Assembly: GCA_963745075.1 (NCBI GenBank)
Contig: CAVUWV010000008.1
Span: 448,001 to 512,000, forward strand
DNA: 64,000 nt
Source: Candidatus Hydrogenedentota bacterium
GTDB taxonomy: Bacteria > Hydrogenedentota > Hydrogenedentia > Hydrogenedentales > SLHB01
Direction: 5' to 3'
In this document: positions 10,255 through 19,177 of the stretch, in pieces
How the letters are laid out: each line of letters opens with the position of its first letter
How positions within the stretch are numbered: the first letter of the stretch is position 1
The notes under the pieces: generated by a model
Seen by the model: the letters and a program-made list of their open reading frames with translations, nothing else
Databases searched by the model: none
What the model was told of the DNA's origin: nothing
Made by a program: the position numbers and the translations under genes

Positions 10255-11637
10255 ATGCGCGTCGGCCTCGTCTTCCGGCTCACCGCGTGGTACGCCGTGA
10301 TTTTCACCGTGTCCTGCATTCTGGTGGGCGCGGTGGTATACGGCATCCTGGTCCGGAATCTGCATACGCGTATGGACGAAGAGCTACGGGACGAGGCGCG
10401 GGAATTCGCCTCCATTTTTGAGACCGAGACGCTCGAAACCTTCAAGAACGACGTTTCGCGGGAAGCGGTACTGGAAGGCATCGACAAAATTTACGTGCGG
10501 TTGGTGAACGCGGATGGGACCGAAGTCGTCACCACCGACCCGCGGTTGTGGCGGGGCTATGGGCTCGATCCGCTGCTTCATGAGCCGGCGCACGACGGGG
10601 AAATGAAGTTGGTTACCCTGCGCGATCCGGAGACCGGAAACGCGGCGCGGGTCCTGCAACTGGGATTGGACGATGGGCGAGTCCTGCAACTGGGGCTGTC
10701 GTTGAAGGCCGACCGGCAGGTGCTCCTGCGGCTGCGGGAATTGTTCCTCGTGGCGTTGGTCACGGTGGCGGGCATCGCGGGACTGGGCGGCTGGTTCATG
10801 GCCCGCCGTGCGCTGGCGGGCGTGGAAGCGGTGACGCGAACCGCACGTTCTATTGCGCCCGACGACATGACGAGCCGCGTGCCGGTGTCGCGGCGGGGCG
10901 ATGAAATCGACCGGTTAGCCGCGACGTTCAACGACATGCTCGATCGAATCGACACGCTGGTGCGCAGCATGCGCGAGGTCAATGACAACATCGCCCATGA
11001 CCTGCGCAGTCCCATCACGCGGATGCGGGCGTCGGCGGAGCTGACTTTCGACGCAGGGAGTGCCGGCGATCCGTGCCACACGCTCGCAGCCGAGATCGTG
11101 GAAGAGTGCGACCGGTTGCTCGCCATGATAAATACCATGCTCGACATTTCCGAAGCGGAATCGGGAGTCGTTCAGTTCCGGAAGGACTTGGTGGATCTGG
11201 CGGACCTGGTGCGGGAAGGGTGCGAACTCTTTTCCACGGCGCTCGAGGACAAGAATATCACGCTGACGGTAGACGTGCCGGAGGAACCGTGCGAAGTGCT
11301 GGGGGATATCCGATGGTTGCAGCGGGTGGTCGGCAACCTGCTGGACAATGCCGCCAAGTATACACCGTCCGGAGGAAGGGTCGCGGTGCGGACGGAACCC
11401 CGAGACAGCCAGGTCGTGGTAACGGTGGAGGACAGCGGCCCCGGGATCGCTGCAAAGGATTTGCCGCGAATCTTCGACCGGTTTTACCGCGGCGATGAAA
11501 GCCGGACGCACCACGGCAGCGGTCTGGGATTGAGCCTGGCCAAGGCGGTTGTTCAGGCGCACGGCGGCACGATCGAAGCCGCGAATGTTGCGGGAAACGG
11601 AAGCCGGTTTGCGGTGGTCTTGCCGCGAAAGAAGTAA
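10255..11637 (+). CDS. HAMP-domain sensor histidine kinase
   Basis: Two TMs, HAMP, IAHDLRSPI H-box, NLLDNAAKY, DSGPGI, GSGLGLS. Confidence 0.93.
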   Translation: MRVGLVFRLTAWYAVIFTVSCILVGAVVYGILVRNLHTRMDEELRDEAREFASIFETETLETFKNDVSREAVLEGIDKIYVRLVNADGTEVVTTDPRLWRGYGLDPLLHEPAHDGEMKLVTLRDPETGNAARVLQLGLDDGRVLQLGLSLKADRQVLLRLRELFLVALVTVAGIAGLGGWFMARRALAGVEAVTRTARSIAPDDMTSRVPVSRRGDEIDRLAATFNDMLDRIDTLVRSMREVNDNIAHDLRSPITRMRASAELTFDAGSAGDPCHTLAAEIVEECDRLLAMINTMLDISEAESGVVQFRKDLVDLADLVREGCELFSTALEDKNITLTVDVPEEPCEVLGDIRWLQRVVGNLLDNAAKYTPSGGRVAVRTEPRDSQVVVTVEDSGPGIAAKDLPRIFDRFYRGDESRTHHGSGLGLSLAKAVVQAHGGTIEAANVAGNGSRFAVVLPRKK

Positions 11638-11661
11638 ATAGCCTGTCTATTCCCGGATTTC

Positions 11662-11716
11662 ATTACCATTTGGTAATCGATTCGCAAGGTCGTAATCATT
11701 CCGAAAACGGTATACT
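11662..11716 (+). promoter_or_regulatory. Putative response-regulator box ATTAC-N6-GTAAT plus -10 TATACT
   Basis: ATTACCATTTGGTAAT palindrome at 11662-11677; TATACT at 11711-11716. Confidence 0.55.
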
Positions 11717-11803
11717 TCCACTGTAAGCATGGCGCGAAACCACGCGCTACCCCAATGGTCTCCTTCCAGACCCCCGAACGTACGAATTGGAGGAATCCCT
11801 CGA

Positions 11804-12364
11804 ATGGAGCGATATCGCAGTATCTTCAAGGTGCGCGGGCTGCTGATGGTCCCGCCGGTGCTTTTTGTGTTGTTGGTGAATTTCGGCGAGTACGAACACG
11901 ACTGGCTGGTCTTGCCCATTGGATATGGCATCTTCCTCGCGGGGGTGGCCCTGCGAGTCTGGGCGCAGATGCATCTGCATTACCGGTTAAGCGTGCGCAA
12001 GAACCTGACCAACACAGGGCCCTATGCATTTGTGCGCAATCCCATCTACATTGCAAACACCACGATGCTGCTGGGGTTGACGGTGGCGTCGGAAGTGCTT
12101 TGGTTTCTGCCCGTCATGCTGGCATGGTGCGTCGTCGTGTACCACTTTGTCGTGCGGTACGAAGAGGCCCATCTCAGGGTGAAATATGGGGACGCGTACC
12201 GCGCGTTCATGGAACAAACACCGCGATGGCTGCCGCGCGTCCCCGCGGAACGGGCGGTTGGCGCCCATACGATGCGGCGGTTTCTGAAGCCGAGTATCGT
12301 GGCTGAACTGCACTGCTTTCTGTTGCTGGTGCCGTTTGTGCTGAAAGAGATCATCGAACGCTGA
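11804..12364 (+). CDS. Isoprenylcysteine carboxyl methyltransferase / PEMT family membrane protein
   Basis: LTNTGPYAFVRNPIY and EEAHLRVKYGDAYRAF motifs; ATG after GGAGG (alternative start 11729). Confidence 0.85.
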   Translation: MERYRSIFKVRGLLMVPPVLFVLLVNFGEYEHDWLVLPIGYGIFLAGVALRVWAQMHLHYRLSVRKNLTNTGPYAFVRNPIYIANTTMLLGLTVASEVLWFLPVMLAWCVVVYHFVVRYEEAHLRVKYGDAYRAFMEQTPRWLPRVPAERAVGAHTMRRFLKPSIVAELHCFLLLVPFVLKEIIER

Positions 12365-12445
12365 CATGGACCGACACGGACGCGGGACGAAGATCCACGC
12401 GGAATTGACTCACCGCCGTTCGCAGCACATACTCGACTCCGGTAA

Positions 12446-14401
12446 ATGACCTACATCGCGAACGGGGAATTCCTGATGATTGGTACGATCGTATCGATGT
12501 TGTCCGTGCTGTGCGCGGCGGGTGCGCCGCAGAGCCTGGGGCAATTGTCGAACGGGATCGTGCGGGTGGATCTCGCGGCGACAGCGCAGGGGGCGCCGTA
12601 CGTTGCGGCATGGTTCTGGGAGCAGGACGGTGCGGTGGCGCTGCGGACGGATTCGCCGCCGGTATGGGACGGGTGGCCGGATTTGGAGCCGGGCACGGCG
12701 CAGGTCGAGGTGGATGCCGGCGACCTGGTGACGCGGGCGACGATTGTGCGCGTGGCCGATCCGAACGTAACGCTGCGCTGGGTCGTGGAACTGGTCCGCG
12801 ATACGGCGATGGTGCGACTGCATGCGGCGATCGAAAACACGGGCGCTGTGCCGTTGAAGGTCCCGTCGTTTCCGATCTGGTCCGGCAACTGGACCGTGCC
12901 GGGCGCGTCACGGATCACTTGGTGGAAGGCGCTGAGTTACGAACCAGTCTCACGGAACCTTGACGGCGACGTCTCGCTGGAAATGGCCAGCCGGCTCCAC
13001 AGTTCGGACACGCGGCTCAGCGAGGGGGTGAATCCCTATTGGCAAATCGCGAACGCCGCGGGGCAGCTTTACTTCGCGCTGGAATGGTGCGGCGGTTGGG
13101 CGGCGAGCCTGGATGCACGGGGCGACAATCTTCGGTTTCAATGGTTTCTCCCGAAGGATGAAACGCAGTTGGTGCTGGCGCCGGGTGAAACGGTGGACGG
13201 TCCAATCCTGTGCGTGACGCCCACGCGCGGCGCGTCGGAGGCGCTGTGCCGGCAGTCGTGGATGAATCAGCGCACGCGCTACGCGGCGCAACGGTACCAC
13301 GGGCCCGAACCGCGCTACGTGTTTACGTACAACCACTGGTACACGACGCGGTTCGATCTTACGGCAGATTTTTTGCGGCGGCAAGCCGAGTTGGCGCCGC
13401 CGTTCGGGTTCGACTTCTTCATCATCGACGCGGGCTGGTACCAGGCCCCGGGAAAGTGGTGGCCAGACCCGAAGAAGTTCGTGCAAGGCGAATTCGAGAC
13501 CATCCTGGGCCAAGTGCGGCAGGAGGGCATCCCGACCGGGATCTGGACCTGTCCCCAGTTCGTGCAGGACGGGGACGATCCGCGCGTGGACCAGCCCGGC
13601 GTCTACGAAAAATTTATCGACGGGCATTTGCTCGACTTGGCGGGGTGCGACTTTTCGGAGCTGTTGACGGACCACGTGGCGAAACTACGGTCCCGGTACG
13701 GAGCGAGCTGGTGGAAATACGACCAGCTCCTGTTTGCGGAGGAGACGCGGGCGGGTGTCATGCGCAATGTAATCGCGTTTCAAGACGCGCTCACCGCCGT
13801 GCGCGAGGCCAACCCCGATCTCTTCATCGAGAACTGCCAAAGCGGCGGGCGTATGGTGAATGAATTCACCGCGCTTATCACGCAGAGTCAGTGGCTACGC
13901 GACGGCGGCGGCAACGGGCTCGAACACGCGCGCGGCAATTTTGCGCAAGCCCTCGGCGCGGTCCAATTTCTTCCGCCCTGGACGGCGAATCGTTGGACGA
14001 ACAATCCCGGGCGCATGAACGACGCAAGTCCAGAGTTGTTGCGGTACTACTGCCGGAGCGCCATGGCTGGAACGTGGGGCCTCGTTGCGGATCTCGCGGA
14101 ACTCACGGACGATCAGCGCGCCGTCATTCTCGACGAGATCGCGAACTACCGCCGGTTCAACGCGATCAAGAAGGACAATCTCTATGCGATCGTCTATCCG
14201 CATGACGGCGCGGACTTCGCCGCGATCGCGTGCTTCACTGCGGACGGTACGCAGGCCGCGGCGCTGGTGCTTCGCTGGGACGCGGACGGCGCCTTTGAGG
14301 CGCGGATTCCGACGCCGTATTTGCAGGGGGATGAGCGGGACGTGGTGGTTCGGTTTGGTGCGGGGGAATTAAGTCGGCTCGTGTTTTCGGAAGCGGGCTG
14401 A
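12446..14401 (+). CDS. Alpha-galactosidase-like glycoside hydrolase (clan D, GH36/GH27-like), probably secreted
   Basis: YNHWY, FIIDAGWY, WWKYD (nucleophile), IENCQSGGR motifs; exact start uncertain. Confidence 0.75.
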   Translation: MTYIANGEFLMIGTIVSMLSVLCAAGAPQSLGQLSNGIVRVDLAATAQGAPYVAAWFWEQDGAVALRTDSPPVWDGWPDLEPGTAQVEVDAGDLVTRATIVRVADPNVTLRWVVELVRDTAMVRLHAAIENTGAVPLKVPSFPIWSGNWTVPGASRITWWKALSYEPVSRNLDGDVSLEMASRLHSSDTRLSEGVNPYWQIANAAGQLYFALEWCGGWAASLDARGDNLRFQWFLPKDETQLVLAPGETVDGPILCVTPTRGASEALCRQSWMNQRTRYAAQRYHGPEPRYVFTYNHWYTTRFDLTADFLRRQAELAPPFGFDFFIIDAGWYQAPGKWWPDPKKFVQGEFETILGQVRQEGIPTGIWTCPQFVQDGDDPRVDQPGVYEKFIDGHLLDLAGCDFSELLTDHVAKLRSRYGASWWKYDQLLFAEETRAGVMRNVIAFQDALTAVREANPDLFIENCQSGGRMVNEFTALITQSQWLRDGGGNGLEHARGNFAQALGAVQFLPPWTANRWTNNPGRMNDASPELLRYYCRSAMAGTWGLVADLAELTDDQRAVILDEIANYRRFNAIKKDNLYAIVYPHDGADFAAIACFTADGTQAAALVLRWDADGAFEARIPTPYLQGDERDVVVRFGAGELSRLVFSEAG

Positions 14402-14449
14402 TACGGACCGGTGGTGGGTGCTTCGGCTTCGACGTTTGGCCCTTGGCTC

Positions 14450-14473
14450 GGCGGGTTGGAAAACCCGCCCTCC
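14450..14473 (+). repeat. REP family B (GGCGGGTTGGAAAACCCGCCCTCC)
   Basis: Hairpin; identical 24-bp copy at 20788-20811. Confidence 0.85.
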
Positions 14474-14483
14474 ATGGGGAGGA

Positions 14484-14675
14484 TCATTCGTCTTCCTGGT
14501 GGGTATCAACGTCGACCTGGCCGTTTGCGTCGACGGTGGCTCGGATTATGATGGGGCGACAGCAGACCTCGCAGTCTTCGACATACTCCTGGTCAGGGGT
14601 GCTGCAATCGATGACGAGTTCGATGGGCGCGGCGCAGTAAGGGCAGCGCGTGGGGACGGTTTCGGTGGCGCTCAT
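14484..14675 (-). CDS. CPXCG-motif cysteine-rich small protein
   Basis: CPYCA...[14 protein letters not shown] signature. Confidence 0.85.
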   Translation of the reverse strand: MSATETVPTRCPYCAAPIELVIDCSTPDQEYVEDCEVCCRPIIIRATVDANGQVDVDTHQEDE

Positions 14676-14927
14676 GAGGCGATCTCCGGTCGCAGTATTT
14701 TTGAAAAGGACACGAAGGACGCAAAAGGCCGAAACGACGGGGGAGCATGGCGTATCGCTGCTTTGAGGCGCAGGCAGATCTTTTGAGTCCTTTATGTCTT
14801 TTTAGTCCCTTGTTTTCATGCTGTGAACGTGCTCCTCAACATGAAACACCGCCGCTCACGGATTTCTTTCCCGGTCGAGGATAGGAACCTTGCTTTTCCT
14901 GGAGAGACCGCAGGGACCAAAACGACG

Positions 14928-15023
14928 AAGATGGATCCCCGCTTTCTGGGAGGATGACGGAAATGGCCCAAGAATCTGACCTCGCTCCAAACCGTCATCC
15001 TCGCGAAAGCAGGGATCCATCTT
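14928..15023. repeat. REP-like inverted repeat (GTCATCCTCGCGAAAGCAGGGATCCAT type)
   Basis: Arms 14928-14960 and 14992-15023 are imperfect reverse complements; lies just downstream of the phage-like cluster and may act as a terminator. Confidence 0.75.
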
Positions 15024-15062
15024 GTTACGAAGGGATCGAACGCGGCTCGTGGGACGTGCGGA

Positions 15063-15425
15063 TCAGATGTTTCCTTTGGCCTGCTTCACCAGACGGTTGA
15101 TCCAGAGGTCGATGTAGTCGCCGCCGACTTCGGCGATAACATTGATGCCTTGGGTGCGGCCGAAGGTGACGGCGGCGTCGCGGGCGAGTTCACGGGCGCG
15201 GCGGCGTTCGGCGGAGGTGAGCTTGCCGTCTTCGCTGGCTTCTTTGATGGCGCGGACGTAGGTCTGGTAGGTCTGGTCGACGCCGGCTTCGAGGGCGGAT
15301 ATGGCCTGGGCGTAGCGACGCTCTTTGGCCCGCTGGTACCAGTCCCGGGATTTGAAGAAGGTCCAGGCGGCGCCGAAAACGGTGCCGAGAAGGGTGATGC
15401 TGGTATCGGAGACGAGAGATTCCAT
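15063..15425 (-). CDS. Holin-like protein (LL-H-type architecture)
   Basis: Single N-terminal TM, AISALEAGVDQTYQTYVRAIKEASEDGKLT helix, last gene of cluster; AAGGAG RBS. Confidence 0.55.
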   Translation of the reverse strand: MESLVSDTSITLLGTVFGAAWTFFKSRDWYQRAKERRYAQAISALEAGVDQTYQTYVRAIKEASEDGKLTSAERRRARELARDAAVTFGRTQGINVIAEVGGDYIDLWINRLVKQAKGNI

Positions 15426-15449
15426 GAGGGGACTCCTTTGGTTGGTTTC

Positions 15450-15538
15450 ACTGGGAGCGCCATGCACCAGCGCGGCGAGTGCCGGGGAACACCTGCGGTA
15501 AGGACCAAGACGCCACGCTGGTGCATGGCGCTCCCAGT
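15450..15538. repeat. REP family A inverted pair inside the phage-like cluster
   Basis: ACTGGGAGCGCCATGCACCAGCGCGGCG / CGCCACGCTGGTGCATGGCGCTCCCAGT. Confidence 0.85.
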
Positions 15539-15594
15539 CGATTTACACGGACCTGCACGGACGGACACGGACAACAAATGCCGGAGTGCAGGAA

Positions 15595-16116
15595 CTACAA
15601 GAAGGTTCGGGCGTCGATAATGTAGCCGTTGATGGCGTCGTCGGTGTTTTTGATGGCGGCCATGCCAGGGCGCACATAGAGGTGCGCGAGGGCGAGGGCA
15701 TTGCTCGACGGGCTCGGCGCGACGGGCGACGCGGCTTCGGCGCCGGGGACGATGCTGATATCCCAGGTTTCGAGACGGGCTTGCACGAGATCGATGCGGG
15801 GGTTCGTCGTGGGCGGCGTGACGTCGGGCGTGGCGGTCTCGGATTCGAGGCGGTACGGGAAGCGCCCGATAAAGGCGTAGCCAGGTTTCACGTTCACGGA
15901 CAGGCCGGGCACGTCCGCGGCGACAACTTTCAGATCGTCCGTCGCGGCTTTTCGAATGACGCCGTCGCCGCCGCCCCAGGCCTGGCTGAGCAGGAAGTGG
16001 ATGAGTTCGAGGGCGGCCTCGATGCGGTCGTCCCAGGAGTTGAGTTTGGACGAGGCGACGGGGCGTTCCGCAAAGGTCCAGGAGGTCTTGGTGTAGGCTT
16101 TGCCTTTGATCGCCAT
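15595..16116 (-). CDS. Baseplate/tail-fibre-anchor-like protein
   Basis: LKVVAADVPGLSVNVKPGYAFI...RIDLVQARL...LALAHLYV...IIDARTF pattern resembles N-terminal domains of phage tail/receptor-binding proteins; follows Tal-like gene. Confidence 0.6.
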   Translation of the reverse strand: MAIKGKAYTKTSWTFAERPVASSKLNSWDDRIEAALELIHFLLSQAWGGGDGVIRKAATDDLKVVAADVPGLSVNVKPGYAFIGRFPYRLESETATPDVTPPTTNPRIDLVQARLETWDISIVPGAEAASPVAPSPSSNALALAHLYVRPGMAAIKNTDDAINGYIIDARTFL

Positions 16117-16144
16117 TTCGAGAATCCTTTCGGGCTGGGGTTTT

Positions 16145-17899
16145 CTAGTCGAGGTGGTAGCCGGCGTCGAGACCGACGTCGTCCGCATCGAGGCGGAACT
16201 GGAAGAGCTCCGTTTCGCGGGGTTGGCTGCGGACGGTGAAACTGAGCGGATTGGCGACGGAACGCAGCGGGGACGTAAATCGGATACGGGTTTGGAGGTG
16301 CGCGCCGGAGAAACGGTGGACGATTTCCTTCACGCGGGCGACAAGCACGCCGGGAAACCGGTCGCCCCATTCACCGTCGACTTCGCGGTCGAGACGGCGG
16401 AGGACGCCACCGCGAAGTTCGACGAGATCGCCTACGGACACGTCCGCAAACCCGTCGTAGTATTCCACTTCGTCGGAGGGCTCGGGATAGGCGATGTCGT
16501 CGAGGAGGCCTTCGACGAGTTTGTCGGCGTCCTCTTCGAGGGAGATGCCGAAGTGATCGAGCGAGCGGGCGTAGAACCCGAAAGCGTCGATACTCGCGCC
16601 GGCCCAATAGGTCTTTTCCAGTGTGCCGGTGATGGGATTGCCATCGAAGTAAACGGCGTTGATGAGGTCGCTTGAATCGGACCCGAGTGTCACGCCCATG
16701 CGCGTGGGATCGAAGAACCAAACGCGGTCGGGGCGTGTAGCTCGGCGAAAGCTTACGCGTAGCTCCGGATCGATGGACCAGATGAAACCACCCGCGGCAT
16801 AGGCCAGCGCGGTAAGTGCTTCGAGGACGCCGCCGGACGCGTCGAAGTTCACGAGAGAGACGCTCGTGCTGTCGACGGAGTCTGCCTTTGGGCCGGGGTA
16901 TGAGAAGAAATCCTTCAGCTCCATCTCAGGCACAAGGCATTGGCCGTCTTCGTAGAGATAGACTTCGGCGAGTCCCTGTTCAACGAGGGCGGCGTTGAAA
17001 CATTCGCCGCCGCCGAAGACGAGGCCGAGGTAGCGACCGTAGACGTCAACGCGATCGTCGAATGCGCCGCTTGCGTCGCGATGGGGGTTTAGTTCGATGA
17101 AGTCGATACCCTTGGTGTCGATGAGCGACTGCAACGCGGCCGTCGCGGCGTCCGCCTTCAATTTGTAGCCGCTCGCGTTGTATCGGTCGGTGGTCCAGTC
17201 TGCGACTTCTGGGTGGCGCGCGATGGCGTGCGAGTTCTTGTCGGTCTCCTCGGCATCGATGAGCATGAGGCGGACGTCGGGCCAAGGCGCGCCATCCACT
17301 TCGATGCCCGCGATAGTGTCGCCGTCTTTGGCGTAGGCATTGGTGAGGTCGAGTCGATCGCTGCCGACCCATTGGCCCGCGTCGATACCACCGTTTGCGA
17401 GTTCGTTCGTGTCCGTCTTACGTGCGAGGAATTTCTGGTATTCGCGCGCGGCGCCGTCAGGGTAGGCCGTGTGGGCGACGGTGTAGTGAATTGCACCCGG
17501 CGCGCTTTGGACGGCGTCTTTGACGATGGCGTCGATGCTGCGGTTCGTGTAGACGCGGGAAATCGTGGTGTTGCCGTCAAGGGGATCGCGCGCGGCGGCG
17601 AACTCGATGATTTCGTGGAACGTGACGTATTTCTCGAGAATGAGTTTGCGCGTTTCGCTCCATTGCGGTGCGATCTCCGTGACGGGCGCTTCGCAGAAAA
17701 GTTGCCCGTCGATCAACACACGCACCCGATAGCCGTGGCCAAGATCGGTGATACCTTCGGGCAACAGGCCGCGTACCCGATCCGCATCGCCGGGCCAGGT
17801 ACGGATTGCTTCCAGTAACGGCACGTCCGCGTAGCGCCCGATGCGCCGGCCTTCCGTGTCATAGATTTCGATAGCGTAGTTCACGTCAATCACCACCAC
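16145..17899 (-). CDS. Tal/baseplate-hub-like tail protein with inserted staphylococcal nuclease (thermonuclease) domain
   Basis: Follows Dit-like gene; internal KDGDTI..VRLMLIDAEET..DVYGRYLG..FNAALVEQGLAEVY; start may be 17893 or 17884. Confidence 0.75.
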   Translation of the reverse strand: MVVIDVNYAIEIYDTEGRRIGRYADVPLLEAIRTWPGDADRVRGLLPEGITDLGHGYRVRVLIDGQLFCEAPVTEIAPQWSETRKLILEKYVTFHEIIEFAAARDPLDGNTTISRVYTNRSIDAIVKDAVQSAPGAIHYTVAHTAYPDGAAREYQKFLARKTDTNELANGGIDAGQWVGSDRLDLTNAYAKDGDTIAGIEVDGAPWPDVRLMLIDAEETDKNSHAIARHPEVADWTTDRYNASGYKLKADAATAALQSLIDTKGIDFIELNPHRDASGAFDDRVDVYGRYLGLVFGGGECFNAALVEQGLAEVYLYEDGQCLVPEMELKDFFSYPGPKADSVDSTSVSLVNFDASGGVLEALTALAYAAGGFIWSIDPELRVSFRRATRPDRVWFFDPTRMGVTLGSDSSDLINAVYFDGNPITGTLEKTYWAGASIDAFGFYARSLDHFGISLEEDADKLVEGLLDDIAYPEPSDEVEYYDGFADVSVGDLVELRGGVLRRLDREVDGEWGDRFPGVLVARVKEIVHRFSGAHLQTRIRFTSPLRSVANPLSFTVRSQPRETELFQFRLDADDVGLDAGYHLD

Positions 17900-18576
17900 C
17901 GGTCGTGGACCGACACGACCGCTTCAGCGTCGTGGGAGCTGGCAGGATCGTCGGTGTAGGTTAGCGTCGTCCCTTCCGGTGCGATCTCGGGGAAAAGACC
18001 GGTCGTGTAGGGCGTCACGTCGACGCCGTCGAGGGTGACGCGGGAATTCGGCCCGTCAAAGATCAGCACGGACGCGGAGGACACAACGCCATTGTAAAGG
18101 ATGCTCCAGATACCATCAGAAATGGACGGATTGATGAGATTGTCGTTTGCGGTGATTGTGATTGCCGGTACGGAGGTGTAGTTACCGCCGGCGGATACGA
18201 CAAGGGTCGCGCCGGAGGCGTTGATGGGCCAGTTCTCGCTCGTGGGATCGACGGACCGCTCGTAAGGATCGCGGGCGTGGAGTTTCAATGTGAAGTTGCC
18301 GACGCGGGCGTCGTTCGCGATCTCGCGTTTGAACTCCGTGCGGCGGACGTAGAGTTCGCGGTCCGTGCGAATGGAGAGCGCGGCGGTGTAATCCTCCGAG
18401 GACACCGCGTCGAGAATGGCGTCGAGTTTGGTTTCGATAGCGGCGGCGGTGGACTCGCCCACGATGAGTCCGGCGATCTCGATGACGCGCTCGCGGCGGC
18501 CGCCGACTTCCTGGTGCGTCTCACGGACCGTGGTGTGGGCGGGATCGAAGGTGTGGTTTCCCAGCGTAATGGCCAC
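17890..18576 (-). CDS. Distal-tail (Dit)-like protein
   Basis: FTLKLHARDPY, GNYTSVPAITIT, LINPSI, GLFPEIAPEG and C-terminal DRWW resemble siphophage Dit; GTG start with GGAGG RBS. Confidence 0.6.
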   Translation of the reverse strand: MAITLGNHTFDPAHTTVRETHQEVGGRRERVIEIAGLIVGESTAAAIETKLDAILDAVSSEDYTAALSIRTDRELYVRRTEFKREIANDARVGNFTLKLHARDPYERSVDPTSENWPINASGATLVVSAGGNYTSVPAITITANDNLINPSISDGIWSILYNGVVSSASVLIFDGPNSRVTLDGVDVTPYTTGLFPEIAPEGTTLTYTDDPASSHDAEAVVSVHDRWW

Positions 18577-18579
18577 GGG

Positions 18580-18996
18580 TTAGTCCTCCCCGAGGATGGG
18601 GGTCGAACCGGTCGCGTCGGCGGGGATGCGGGCAGGGGCATCGCGGAGGTACGGTTCGAGGACGTACCACGCCTGCTTTTCCGTGAGGGCCGCGACGCCG
18701 GTCAGTGCGCGGAAGCGGTTGCCATCCTCGACGCGTTGGCCGCCGATAGCGACGTTTTTCTGGGCGAAGGCGTCGTGGGCCGCAAGGGACCGGAAGAGGT
18801 ACGCACCCGCGAGCAGAGTTTCGCCGGAGACGAGACCGGGGTCGGGGGATTCGGTGTCGACGTCGGGATCGATCTGGCGGAGGATGTTGCGGTGCGCGTC
18901 GTCGATGGCGGCGACGACGAGGTCCTGGGGGACGGCGACGGTGTCGTTGAGCTGGAATTTGAGGCGGACATCGGCTTCGGTGGTGAAGTTGGGCAT
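18580..18996 (-). CDS. Head-tail connector/adaptor-like protein
   Basis: 138 aa helical protein directly after the capsid gene, FTTEADVR N-terminus; GGAGG RBS. Confidence 0.6.
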   Translation of the reverse strand: MPNFTTEADVRLKFQLNDTVAVPQDLVVAAIDDAHRNILRQIDPDVDTESPDPGLVSGETLLAGAYLFRSLAAHDAFAQKNVAIGGQRVEDGNRFRALTGVAALTEKQAWYVLEPYLRDAPARIPADATGSTPILGED

Positions 18997-19018
18997 GGGC
19001 GGAACCTCCGGGAAGAAG

Positions 19019-19057
19019 AACACGGACCTATACGGACAAGCACGGACGGACACGGAC
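19019..19057 (+). repeat. 10-bp-period (C/T)ACGGAC tandem array
   Basis: Units start at 19021, 19031, 19041, 19051. Confidence 0.85.
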
Positions 19058-19177
19058 AAAGCAACCGAGGCCACCGCACGAGCCGCGCGAACAGCAGCTT
19101 TTGGCGGGGCCTGGGGCCTCTTGTGGCGTAGAGGCCCCAGGCGTGGGCCGGATGGGCGGGTCCGGCGAGGAGATTCG

